Positions 53,185-64,000 of a DNA stretch of 64,000 nucleotides are shown here, piece after piece. The stretch's first letter is position 1. The number at the start of each line of letters is the position of its first letter. The stretch is from Antedon mediterranea (taxonomy: Eukaryota; Animalia; Echinodermata): assembly GCF_964355755.1 (NCBI RefSeq), contig NC_092677.1, positions 5,974,101 through 6,038,100 on the forward strand, written 5' to 3'. The position numbers and the translations under genes were made by a program. Below the pieces are notes generated by a model. That model was not told where the DNA came from. It worked only from the letters and a program-made list of their open reading frames with translations, and did not search any database.

Positions 53185-54487
53185 TTATGGGAGGCTCTCT
53201 GTTAGCTTAAACTGTTCTTCAAGATAATTCGCAATGTCAACATCACCAACTGCAGACAATGTACCGATGAGCTGAGGCACCGCTTCGTCCGGACATCTCC
53301 ATTTCAAAGCCCTCCACCTCCAACCTTGTAGAGTGGCAAATGTTTGGTCGACAACTTGTGAATGTGTTTGACGGATGATGTCTATGTCTCGCTGTGGTAC
53401 ACCTAATAATGCTGAAAGTGTTTCCCAGTCCCCTCTCATATGCTGGGCAATATACCAAAGTTGAGCATCACTACACAAACCTACAACAATTTAAATGAAT
53501 GATTAATTTTCATCTATCCTACCTGATTGGTGAAATAAGCCACTTTAACTGTGTCGTGTCCCTCGCAGCACGGTTCTCAGCCAAGAAATTCTTAAGTCAA
53601 ATGGCCGGTTCTCCACCCGATATTTAAATTACTTAATTATAAATTCGATAACAGATATCGGAACTTTCTTTCAGATATGTGTATAAAGAATAATACCTAA
53701 TAAGTTTTAATTTTATGTAACTATCTTTTTTTCAGACGAAGATCAACTTTTTTTGTTTATTTTTCTTTTATTATTTATTACTAAAAATATATTCATTTCA
53801 AAATATTCATAAATTAACAAATAATTACAGTACATCTCTTTAAATGTTCTTAACACATTCACTTAGCGTATTAATTTCTTTAGCGTATTAATTTTCTTAA
53901 ACAAGATCAAGTTGTCAAAAGTTCGATAACAGATATTGGAACATACTTTTTCTTTCAGAGATATGCGCGCGTATAAAGAAATACTTTTCTCTAATAAGTT
54001 TTTAATTTATTTATCTTTTTTCAGACGAAGATCGAGTTGTCAAATGGTTGAAGAAAAAAATTTAATTAGCACTTTAAAACTACTTCGCAAAAAGCCTTCA
54101 AAAGTAGAGATTTAATATCGCAACAGTGACAAATATCGAAAGCAGCACAATATGAACTTCAAAGATTTGAGTATGGGGCGGGGGGGGGGGGGGGGTCGAG
54201 GGAGCGGTTATAGGAAAAAGTTCTATCACATCCGAAGTCATCATCCCTATCACATAATTTAACCCCATCAAACATCAATATACATAATAATAATAATCAT
54301 TCGTCTTATTTTCGCTGCATCTTATTATCATAATCGACGTCACTTTCAGATCATCATCATACTTCATTCTTAACTCCATCATTAATTTAAATAACTTTCA
54401 ACAAAACTTACCAATAGGTGACCTGAGCGGTTCTGCTGAATTCAATGGATAGTACGTGGACTGATCCCCGTGTGCAGGCATGGTCAT
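53185..54487 (-). CDS. Small death-domain-only protein, 123 aa
   Basis: Exons 54487-54412 (MTMPAHGDQSTYYPLNSAEPLRSPI; in-frame TAA upstream of the ATG) and 53480-53185. LWYIAQHMRGDWETLSALLGVPQRDIDII..QTFATLQGWR..LIGTLSAVGDVDIANYL fits the six-helix death-domain pattern. Probable 5'UTR intron (donor ~54854, acceptor 54522). Confidence 0.82.
53644..54035. repeat. Local duplication (~105 bp) in the death-domain gene intron
   Basis: ttcgataacagatat..gtataaagaa..ctaataagtttt..tttcagacgaagatc at ~53644 and ~53922. Confidence 0.75.
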
Positions 54488-55781
54488 CAAAATAAGCTGT
54501 TCCGGAAAAAGTTATTAGGGCCTATAGAAACAATTCACGATTACCAAAATAACTGTTACAATACAATGAAGTAGGCTTCATCATACTAACAATTAAACAA
54601 AAAAGTAGCTGGGGGAGAGTCCAGTATCCTAAATATAAGGGGGGTGGGCCCAAGCTGCTCCCTCTTAGTATTGTGAAGACGTCGGCCAACCCGGCCTAAC
54701 CGTAATCAGAGACTTCCTGTCGTAACCTTCATCAAACGGTAATCATAATGTTATCATTTAAAATTAGATGTGAGAGGGAAAGATATGTGTCACTAATAAT
54801 AAGCTTAACCCATAGATTTTAAGTACCTTGTTAAAGCAGCAACCGAATACTTACGAGTTCTTTGTTTTAAGCTTCACAAAAAGTCGTATACGTAGGCTTA
54901 ACTCTAAAATCACGGACGAAAAAGGGTTGAATGTTTAAACAAAACACTGCTGTATTTACTCAATATATTATGCGGCATGTTACAAAATACAGTAGTTTGA
55001 ACAGTGGTTGTTGTTCATCGCGATGGTAACAGGGACTTGACCTTCGATTGTTAAAATGTTTAGATCAGAGTAGACTTTTTTTAAATGCATGATTGAATAT
55101 TATTTACTCAGGAACTCATTCAAAGAAAAGTTTATCCTGACATTATTTTGAAATTGAAGTTTGTGTTTTGTAAAGGCTTGTATTATATTATTTGTATATG
55201 GTGCAAAACAATATAATCAAACTGCCTGGTATCTGGACGTTACCACTGGCATATATTGCATTCCAGAAAAAAATGGATGTTTGATTTAGTGTTTTTAAAT
55301 AGATTTTTGGTTTGAGGAAATAGTGTATAAAAAACAAATTTCTGCAATTTTGTTTCCTTTAAATTAAATAGTATAATGCTGTAGAAGCAATACGTGTTTT
55401 AACGGAAGCCGTGAGGTTGCTAAAGCGGAACGAGATTGATTTGATTTATTGCCTCCAAGGAAGAAGATAAAGAAAATACATAAAAAATGTGTTAACAGAT
55501 ACGCAAAAATATTTTCTAGCGACATATTATCTTCCCCGATTTTGCTTTGTTTTGTTTGTCTTTTCTTTTTAATATGGATAAGGATCGTCGTGTCGCGCGC
55601 TGCGGATGATCTGTCCACATATCCGTTATGCGTGAATATTATAGCAGGGAAGAATTTCGAAGAGCGCGTTTGTTCATTGGACCATGGAGAAATACGTTTA
55701 CAAGGAGGAACCTACATTTCAAGATCCATTTTATTCCCATCATGTACGAGTATAGTATGCCTACAACACATTATGAACAAA

Positions 55782-55870
55782 TGACGAAATTAGGTATGTT
55801 GACGAAAATAGGTATGATGACGTAAATTGGGATGTTGACAAAAATAGGTATGATGACGAAAATATGTATT
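55782..55870. repeat. 18-bp tandem repeat TGACGAAAATAGGTATG(T/A), ~5 copies
   Basis: Directly visible. Confidence 0.85.
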
Positions 55871-56021
55871 TTGATTGTTACTCATTGCTTATTTCAGTAA
55901 TGAATGGAAAGGAATTCCACTCAAATAAATAATATAATAATATAACAGATAAATAAATTCCACAATAAGAGCTGCATTCAAATCAAACATTATTTCAACA
56001 ACTTTTGCAGTATTTTTCTAT

Positions 56022-56178
56022 GACTATGACGCAGGGATATTCTAACCAATCACAATTGACAGTTCAATGATCTATCGCTTGTGATTGGTCAAATAATCTA
56101 TCGCTTATAATTGGTCAAATAATTCATCACTTGTGATTGCTCAAATAATCTTTGTTGCGTCCTAGTGGGAACCAAGTT
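56022..56178. mobile_element. MITE family A, 5'-degenerate copy with internal triplication
   Basis: Three tcgcttgtgattggtcaaataat-like units, then ttgcgtcctagtgggaaccaag. Confidence 0.65.
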
Positions 56179-56874
56179 TAAGAATTGATGAATTTGAATA
56201 AATTAAGTAGTAAGTAGTAAACACCAACAAATTCTAGAAACTATAATGTTATACTAAAAAAAACATAATAACTACTTGAGTTAATACTGTTATTGTCCCT
56301 TGAACAATTCAAATTATGTAATAAATTAATATATATTGGCCCAAAAACCAAAACAAATAATTATGATTAAAATATACATACATTCTGTTTATGTAACTCA
56401 TGATTTAAACATCTTTAATTTAAAATCTTTAAAAACCTAATATCAAATAGAATGAAAAAGAATGCACTTTTGAACAATTTTGCAGGTAATAAGAACAAAA
56501 GCGAAAAAAAAAACAGAACAATTTGATACAAACTAGGGGTGGATTGAAATGGTAGGGGCGCATGCTTCACCTTTTAAGAGCCAAAATGAAAAAATAAATT
56601 TTCTCATAATTGTTAAATAGAATATTGCAGAATAATTAGTTAATAGGTTTACTGTATAAGCATAATATGTTATTATATGATGGCGTGGAATGTTTATTTG
56701 AAATATTCTCACATTACTTTCCTATGTGTGGCTATTAACACCTTAAAATGGCCGAATTACCACTGCTGAACTTTGACCCTGGGGCCTCCATCTCCTACCC
56801 ATGTTTTCCATATTTTTTAATCCACCCCTGCAAACATACAAATATAGTAACACTAATTTATAAACAAACTCTCA

Positions 56875-59800
56875 TCATAACTCTTCTGCGTGATTTATTT
56901 TTGTTACATCTTCTTGTGGTGCTTCTGTTGTTTCGATTGGTTCTTCAGGTGGAGTTTCCACTTCTGTAAACAAACCATTTTAACGTGTTATAATCAATCT
57001 ATGTAATAAGGCTGTGTGGCAAATAGAAGATATGGTTCTTGTGTGCGAAATTCAGCTCCAAATAAAAATGAAAATCTGGAGATACTTGAAAAGTTCTATC
57101 TACACTATCAAGCTTTATGTCCCAAAAAATGAGATCTGCCCATGTATGGACAGGACGATGTGATATCACTACCACATTTGGGAATATAACATTTTTTGCT
57201 CTTGACAAGTTAGTGAAACAGTGTGGTGATGTGAAGTTCCATTTTTGCACTTTCTTTTTCTGTTGTCTTGGTCAATTTATTCGGTTTTCTAAGGCTATTT
57301 CGTGGTTTATTTTACAACAACATTTTCATTTTCACACTATTTGTATTAGTGTAGACAACACATTCTTATAAACTGTCTTATTGACCCTTAGACTTGATGT
57401 GATGTGTTTGATAAAAGGAGAAAGTTTACTAAAAACATCGCACTGAAAAGTTACAGAAAACCATATACTTTTGTCCTGGTCTAAGACTAATCGAAAATTA
57501 GTAAAGACACTGTAGTTTTGTGGAGGACATGCTTCCGTACTATCTCAGAGTATTCTGTTCAAATCCACTCACGGCTATAACAATGCCACCTATAACCTCA
57601 TAAAAGATCACAAACACTTACCATCAACAACTGGTGCTTCTAATTCTAATATTTCTGGTTGTTCCTCAACAGCTGCCTCTTCTGTAGGCGTCTCGTCTAC
57701 AGGTTCTGGCGGCGTATCCGTCGCTTCAGGTTTTATATTTTCACCATTTTCTACTTTTTCTTCTGCTTTATCTACAGGTTCTTCACCAGTTTTATCATCT
57801 GTAATATGAAACCAATACTAGTCAATTAAAATACTTAACTTAACATTGTTTTTATACTAGACTATTGAAAATATAATATATAATATAATGTATAACGCTA
57901 ATAATACAGGTTTTGTGTAAATGGTCATAAGAAATAATAGAGGTTTCGCAATCTGACGAATACGATAACGAAAACGGATACGTCACGCACAAAATATGAC
58001 TGCGGTAAATTTGAGCGAAGCGCAGGTACGTGTTACTTGGTGCTTGGCTGCCTAGGCCTAGCGTAACATCAAAACGAGTGAGGACTTTAAAAACTGCTAT
58101 TTATCAAAATTGACTTGGCATTTTAGTAAATTACTTTCAATAAATCTATAATTATATTATAATCATGAATCATTCCTGATTCAAATGCAAAATGTGCAAA
58201 AAAGTGCAAAAATAGAACAAAAACTATACTCGTTTTGTAGTTACGAATATGACTTGTGATATTCGTCAACACGAATACGCTTTACGAATATGAAATGGGG
58301 ATCAGCTCAAAAGTTTCACAAATGTATAACGTATCCGTTTTCGTTATCGTATGGTTGCGAAACCTCCCTAATATAGATTCTATAATTACCGTTACTGCTC
58401 ATCTGTGCAAATTGACCTTAAATAATATATTTTTTTTTTATTTATTTTTTTTATTTATTACCATATTTACTGAGGGTAGCCTATCCAGTTCCTAATAGAA
58501 CTGATCATTCAGGGCCCTCGATAAAACAAACATACAGTACAACACATAAAATATTAAATATTCAAATGACATAAAATATATTAAAGGCTTAAAAATTTAC
58601 AATGATTATATAAAATTCATATAAAAGTTAAAATCGTTGACAGATAAAAATATATATATATACATAGTACGAACAATATTAACTGGAAATAAATTGTTTA
58701 AGTTGATATCTATTAGCAGTTACTACTGTATATAATAGATAGTGGGTCTTTCAAAAGCACAAGGCCACCGCAGAAAGTATTACCTACAAGCAGGTCAGCT
58801 AAGTTTTAAAATCATAACTATTTAATACATTAGATAATATTGAAATAGTGTGATAGGTATTAAATATAGATTGGGTTGAGAAGCTTGGATCAAAATAATA
58901 ATTTTCAAGGTGCTGTAAGTAAGTCTATTTTTTTTTCATCTAGACTCAGAAATACCAAACTCATCAACTTACTACTATAATGATATCACACTGCAGTAAT
59001 ACATTAATTTATATACCTGTTTGCTGGGCACCTTCCTCTTCCCCAGTGGATGTTGTGTTAGTTTTTTTAGCTTTCGGCTTCTTTTTCTTGCTTGCCTTTC
59101 GCTTTACTTTGTTAGAAAGGTACCTTAGTTCTCTATCTAAAGAATTTATCTTTTGTATAACATCTTCAATAAGTAATGCTGGTTTTTCCGTTAGAGCCGT
59201 CTTTTTCTGTTCTTTCATTACTTTTGAAAACCAATCCTACAGAAAATACGAAAGGAATTAAAATGAAGCATTTAAATTATAGATATTAAATAATATTGAA
59301 ATAGTGTGCTAGGGTAATAGATTGGGTTTAATGATGTTTCGAAAGATGCGATATTTCTAAACATACTTTGGTTTCGTTGTACACCTTCTCCAAAAGACCA
59401 ATCTCTGTTTCTGTGAAGTATTGATCTTCACCAGTTAAATTCTTTGCGGCTTTTAGAAAATATACCGATGTGTTGAGGGCGTCTTTCAATGCTGCGATGG
59501 CCTCTGGACGCCTTTTCTTCTCTTCAACCCTAAATTCTAAATCTCTTGTCAATTTGCTCAGTTCCTGGAGCTTGTCTTCATATACCTACACAAAAAATAA
59601 TTGGAAAATAATAATCAGACTATTTGTCGCGAGATCGTGAGTTTGATTCAAACATGACCGGGGTAATAATGTAAAGCGCTTATTATTATTATTATTAAAT
59701 TAAATTTCAATTTTTTTTATTTTTCTTGATTTGTTTTTTATATTCTTTGTACCATTTTGCAAGTTTCAAAATGCTATGAAAATAGCTTAATAAAAGAAAT

Positions 59801-62800
59801 TAATACAAAATAGTAAAGTAAAAAAAACTTATATCATATTTGGTCTTCTTTGAAGAAAAAGGTAAATCATTAAATGACTTTGTTCTTTACTAATTATTTA
59901 TACATTTTGAGAGTAAATCTCAAATTTTAAAAATGTGAATGACACCGATCTGTTGGATATGCCACAAGAATTACCTTAGCTGCTGCATCAGGTTCCTGAT
60001 CATACAACCAATCAGATGCTTCGGAAAGTTTTGATGATATTTCTTGTCTCATTTCATCAGTTGAGCAGGCTTCATAATCTTCTTGATATAATCGATCCTG
60101 CATTCCATATATAAATGACTCCAAGCTATTTTGAGCATGTTCCCTTTTAGCCTTTTCTTCATCTTTCTTTTTTAAATCCTTCAATCTGAGAAAAAAATAT
60201 ATATAAATATAAGATTGGCACTGATAAAGGGCTAGTGTTGATCGAAAGCTCTGCAAATTGTCCTGCCCGTTTGACTTTATCGTTTTGATTTAGCTTTTTG
60301 CTTATTTTATTTTGTATAGATTGAGATCCAGCCACTGATACACATAGCATTGTCATTATTGATTTGGATTAATACAATTTATTGGATATTATGGAACACT
60401 TATTTACAAATTAACACTAGTTGAAATAACTGAAAATAAAATAAAACTAACTTTTTTACTGAAGCTTTTTGATTATCTGCCGATGGCTTTGGAGCGTCTA
60501 TAACTTCTATATTAACTGTTAAATTTTCTTTTATTGTTTTTATTGTGGGTTTTGGCTTTTCCTTCACTTTCTGTTCATCTTTTGATTCGGTTTCATTGTC
60601 TTTTTTTGTTTCCTCATTAGCATCTGTTTCTTTAGTTTTCTTATCTTCATCTTTTTTTGGTTCCTGAAAATCAAACTTGGTTGTTAAAACAAAATATTGA
60701 TAAGGATAAGATAAGGAATTTCATATTATAAACACAAACATATGTTTATTTATTGTATGTTTATCTAGCCTAGCACTTTGCAATTATTGGCTTAGGATAG
60801 TCAGTATACTTATCTATCAACATATAAGATATTGGATACACAGCTTACAGGGTTTGGGATTGCATCATGCACAAACAAAATTAAAATGTTAACTCTTGCA
60901 ATGGAACATTTATCATGCTAAACCTGTTGAAAATGTGTTAAAAACACCAACATGCGTCCGATCACAATTAACATTATTTCAAACCAAGATTAAATCAAAT
61001 AATATAAAATGATACACTACAAGGAATTATTTTACTCAACAAAACCAATTTAATAAAGAAATTACCAATAAAAAAAAACACAATATAAAGAAACTTTAGT
61101 AAGATTTCAAGATAAAACAAAAAACTGAAGGGATTATCAACCACCCTTTTTTTCTTTTATTAGAACTCACATCGGTCTCTTCTGCATTTGTCTCTTTTTC
61201 CTCCGTCGTTTCTCCTTCAGGCTTTTTATACGTTGTCTCTTCATCAGTTTCCTTCTCCTCTGCTTCATTTTCATTCAACTTCTCTTCTTTTGGTTCATCT
61301 TCTGTTTCTTCATCTTTTACATCTTTATCCTCATCGTCTTCATTTATGACTTCTTCTTCTTCTTCTTCCTTTACTTCAGGTTCTTCCACAACTTTTTCTG
61401 CTTCTTCTTCATTGTCTGGTTTCTATAGCCAAAATTTAAAATTTTCTAAAACATTCTTCCCCTCAATCATTTTATGATTTTCTCACAAAAATATTAACTG
61501 TAAATCCATTTAACTTAACAAATCAAGATAATTTACATGATTGAAGAGATAAAACAATCTACCTGTGTAATCAATTTTATCATTGACATCTGACATCGAC
61601 ATGGTAAATTGCACATACGCTTTTTTTTTTTCGGTCAAGACAATTCAATTAACCAATGTTTTTTTAACAGATATTTTTAATATCTTCAATAAAAACAAAC
61701 CCAGGAGCAAGTAACACGTTTCACATATAAAGTCTTTATTATTACCCACATGCAAACAATGTAGAAATGATTAATATTACAGTACATGCATACATTACAT
61801 TAATGTACACCATCATGCATACATTTTCACAGTAAAATAATGCAGTTTATGACACATAAACAGGTACAAATAATCAATTTTAAATGAATATATTATGTAA
61901 AGTATTACACTGAATACAAACCACTAAATAAACATTAACAAAACATTAATAGCTCTCTAAATTCACTCATTTAGTAGTATTTCTGACACTTGAATATGCT
62001 TTAATATTTAGTTAATTTGTATGGATGTTTTAAATCTTGAATCTTTAATCACCTTCAATTTTAGGGGAAGGTTTAAATGTTTTTAAGTATTGGCTGCCTT
62101 GCCTATAAAGTTATAAGTGGCCATCTTGTTTTTTAGATACATCAATACAAATTATTATCTAAATCAAAAACTTCTTACCTTTTCAGTTTCTTCGTCTTTT
62201 ACTTCTTCTTCCTCTTTCACTTCTTCTGCATCTTTTGCTTCTTCTCCATCCTTTGCTTCTTCTCCTTCTTTTGTTTCGGCCTCCTTTCCATCTTCATCTG
62301 TCAGCTTCTCTTCTTCTCCAGCCTCCTCAGCATCTTCTGCTTTCTCCTCAACTTTGCCGTCCTCTTCCTCAGCTTTGGAACCACCAAAGAAGTCAATAAT
62401 TTTACTGCCTAATTCTGGGAGCAAAATTAGTATATATTTAGTAATTAGGTTACTGATTTATAAACTAGATGTGTGTGTTTCTTTTCATTGATTGCTCTTA
62501 TTTATCAGTCAAAAAGAATTGCGGTTCTGTGAAATACTTACTAGCAAAGGTAGACTGTGATTCATCCGATTCATTTTCAGCTTTGTCCAATAATTTCTCA
62601 AAAACAGACTCAACCTAAAAAAAAACCAATTTCAAATACTAATAATTAATAAATATTTAAGTCAGACATTTCCACTTGAAAACAAAGCATTGGGAATGGA
62701 AATGTTTTTAAAACATACCTATTTTTAACATTACGGAATTAAGGACCTTTCGATCTTAAGAAAAGTCGTGTATTGGGAGGGTTTCCAGTTGTTAGAAAGT

Positions 62801-64000
62801 TTGGAAATGAAAGAGGTTGACTGTGGTACTATATTGAAAGGTTATCTGTAAAGGGTCTTTCACACCTGTTCTGATGTGAATGTCAATGTTTCGTTTTCAC
62901 GGCTATGCACCAACCGATATACGCATAGACGTCTGGAAACGAAACAATGACTTTCAATTTGATTTGCTGGCACTGGTGTAAAAGACTCTTAAGTCCATTT
63001 AAACTAAACTTGTGGCGCAAAGTGATTACTTACTCTAACAAGATTCAGAAGACCGCTCTCATCCATGTGGAAGTGTGCCTTGATTCCTTTTGATTCAGTT
63101 CCGGCATTTTTTTCCAGCTTCTCAGAAACACCTCCCAATTCCACCTTGCTAAGGTTTGCTGATCCAAAAACACTAAAATAGGAAGAATAAATTAGGATAT
63201 TCAATGCTGGGTTGTTCCACTAATGGTTTGGGTAAAAAATAGTGACAGCTAAAATAATTGAGCCACTGTAGATTGGCGGTTAATGGGTTTCTTATCAATT
63301 CTATGGTGCCGTGCTTAAATAAATAGGCCTAATTGTTAATATAATAATCAAAGTAAGCCTACGATGGAAAAGTGGTTTAGGCAGGGGCGCCATTTACCTA
63401 ATACCTAAAGAGCTAACAATATCGGCATGGTTTCAAGACCGACTCGCTCCTAGTACCGGTGGTGTAACAAGTCTTCTCGGATAAGGACTATAAATCGTAG
63501 GTCCAGTGTACACAGTTATAACCCGTGTACACTTAGAACCCTGTTCATCATTCAAAACGAGTAGGGGAGTTACCCAGGTGAACTATCTGATAGGACAATG
63601 ATTTATTTACTATTGGTAATCCTTGGCCACATGTGCCTAGAGACATAAAATAAATAATTACCTCATGTAATCTGTTGGTAGAACATTCTCAAGATCAACG
63701 TAGTTAACATTAAATGTAAAATCATCCGTCATCCGGTTAAAGGTCATGACCTTTTTCTGCGGATACGGATTGTTGCGGGAGAATAAGGTTCTCTTAACTT
63801 TCTTGGTAGTTGTTACACCGTCATCATCTGTTATCAGTCGCGTAAAGTCAACCTAAGAAAGAAATCAGTATTTCATTTTTTGCACCATAGTTTTAGTACA
63901 GAATATATCAACAATAATATTTGAAAATATACATACCGCAATAGGATAGAGATTAGCATCTTTGACGATAAACTTCTTTACTTTGAAGCCTTTGCTGAGA
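56875..64000 (-). CDS. HYOU1: Hypoxia up-regulated protein 1 (GRP170/ORP150, ER Hsp70-family nucleotide exchange factor), 3' portion; the gene starts beyond the window
   Basis: Exons 64000-63937, 63852-63662, 63172-63034, 62614-62542, 62414-62179, 61422-61171, 60663-60452, 60185-59975, 59585-59367, 59236-59017, 57798-57622, 56963-56875. Diagnostic segments [57 protein letters not shown]; ends HAEEL-stop. Confidence 0.96.
57095..57225. mobile_element. MITE family C copy in a HYOU1 intron
   Basis: tctacactatcaagctttatgtcccaaaaaatg..atggaca.. is the reverse complement of 6440-6504. Confidence 0.55.
57938..58370. mobile_element. MITE family D with long terminal inverted repeats
   Basis: gaggtttcgcaa..atacgataacgaaaacggatacgt at the left; acgtatccgttttcgttatcgtat..ttgcgaaacctc at the right. 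Confidence 0.85.
63440..63590 (+). mobile_element. SINE fragment with Deu/Nin-like central domain
   Basis: tctcggataaggactataaatcgtaggtccagtgtac..agaaccc..gagtagggg resembles the Deu/Nin SINE core; recognised from memory, not searched. Confidence 0.5.

Noticed and set aside
45369-54487. Death domain plus ankyrins as one NF-kB p105/p100-like gene
   Set aside because: The order is reversed relative to p105 (DD lies upstream), the DD exon has its own stop, the IkB has its own ATG and promoter, and no Rel domain is present.
62117-62491. Ser-rich 124-aa plus-strand ORF (also 58980-59261 and 56748-56969)
   Set aside because: Antisense shadows of Glu/Lys-rich HYOU1 exons.

Overview
AT-rich (roughly 30% GC by eye), intron-rich animal genomic DNA, probably a marine invertebrate; the species cannot be determined from the sequence. 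I reconstructed five spliced genes by hand from GT-AG junctions and reading-frame continuity. (1) A minus-strand cell-surface protein with signal peptide, 3 Ig domains and 1 FN3 domain (klingon/wrapper/NCAM-like architecture), ~1.5-38.5 kb, with a ~22.7 kb first intron. (2) TEN1 (CST telomere complex) on the plus strand, head-to-head with gene 1. (3) A 708-aa nuclear-type IkB (IkB-zeta/Bcl-3-like) on the minus strand, with a kB/CRE/C-EBP promoter. (4) A 123-aa death-domain-only gene directly upstream of the IkB. (5) The 3' part of HYOU1/GRP170. Non-coding DNA holds several MITE families, Helentron-type HINEs, SINEs and a 16-bp minisatellite. The most unusual signal is ~35 non-coding copies of the palindrome TAGGCCTA. 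Comparing two paralogous MITE ends shows that one copy is a GGCC+TA insertion at a TA site, which suggests excision footprints of an unidentified TA-targeting transposon.
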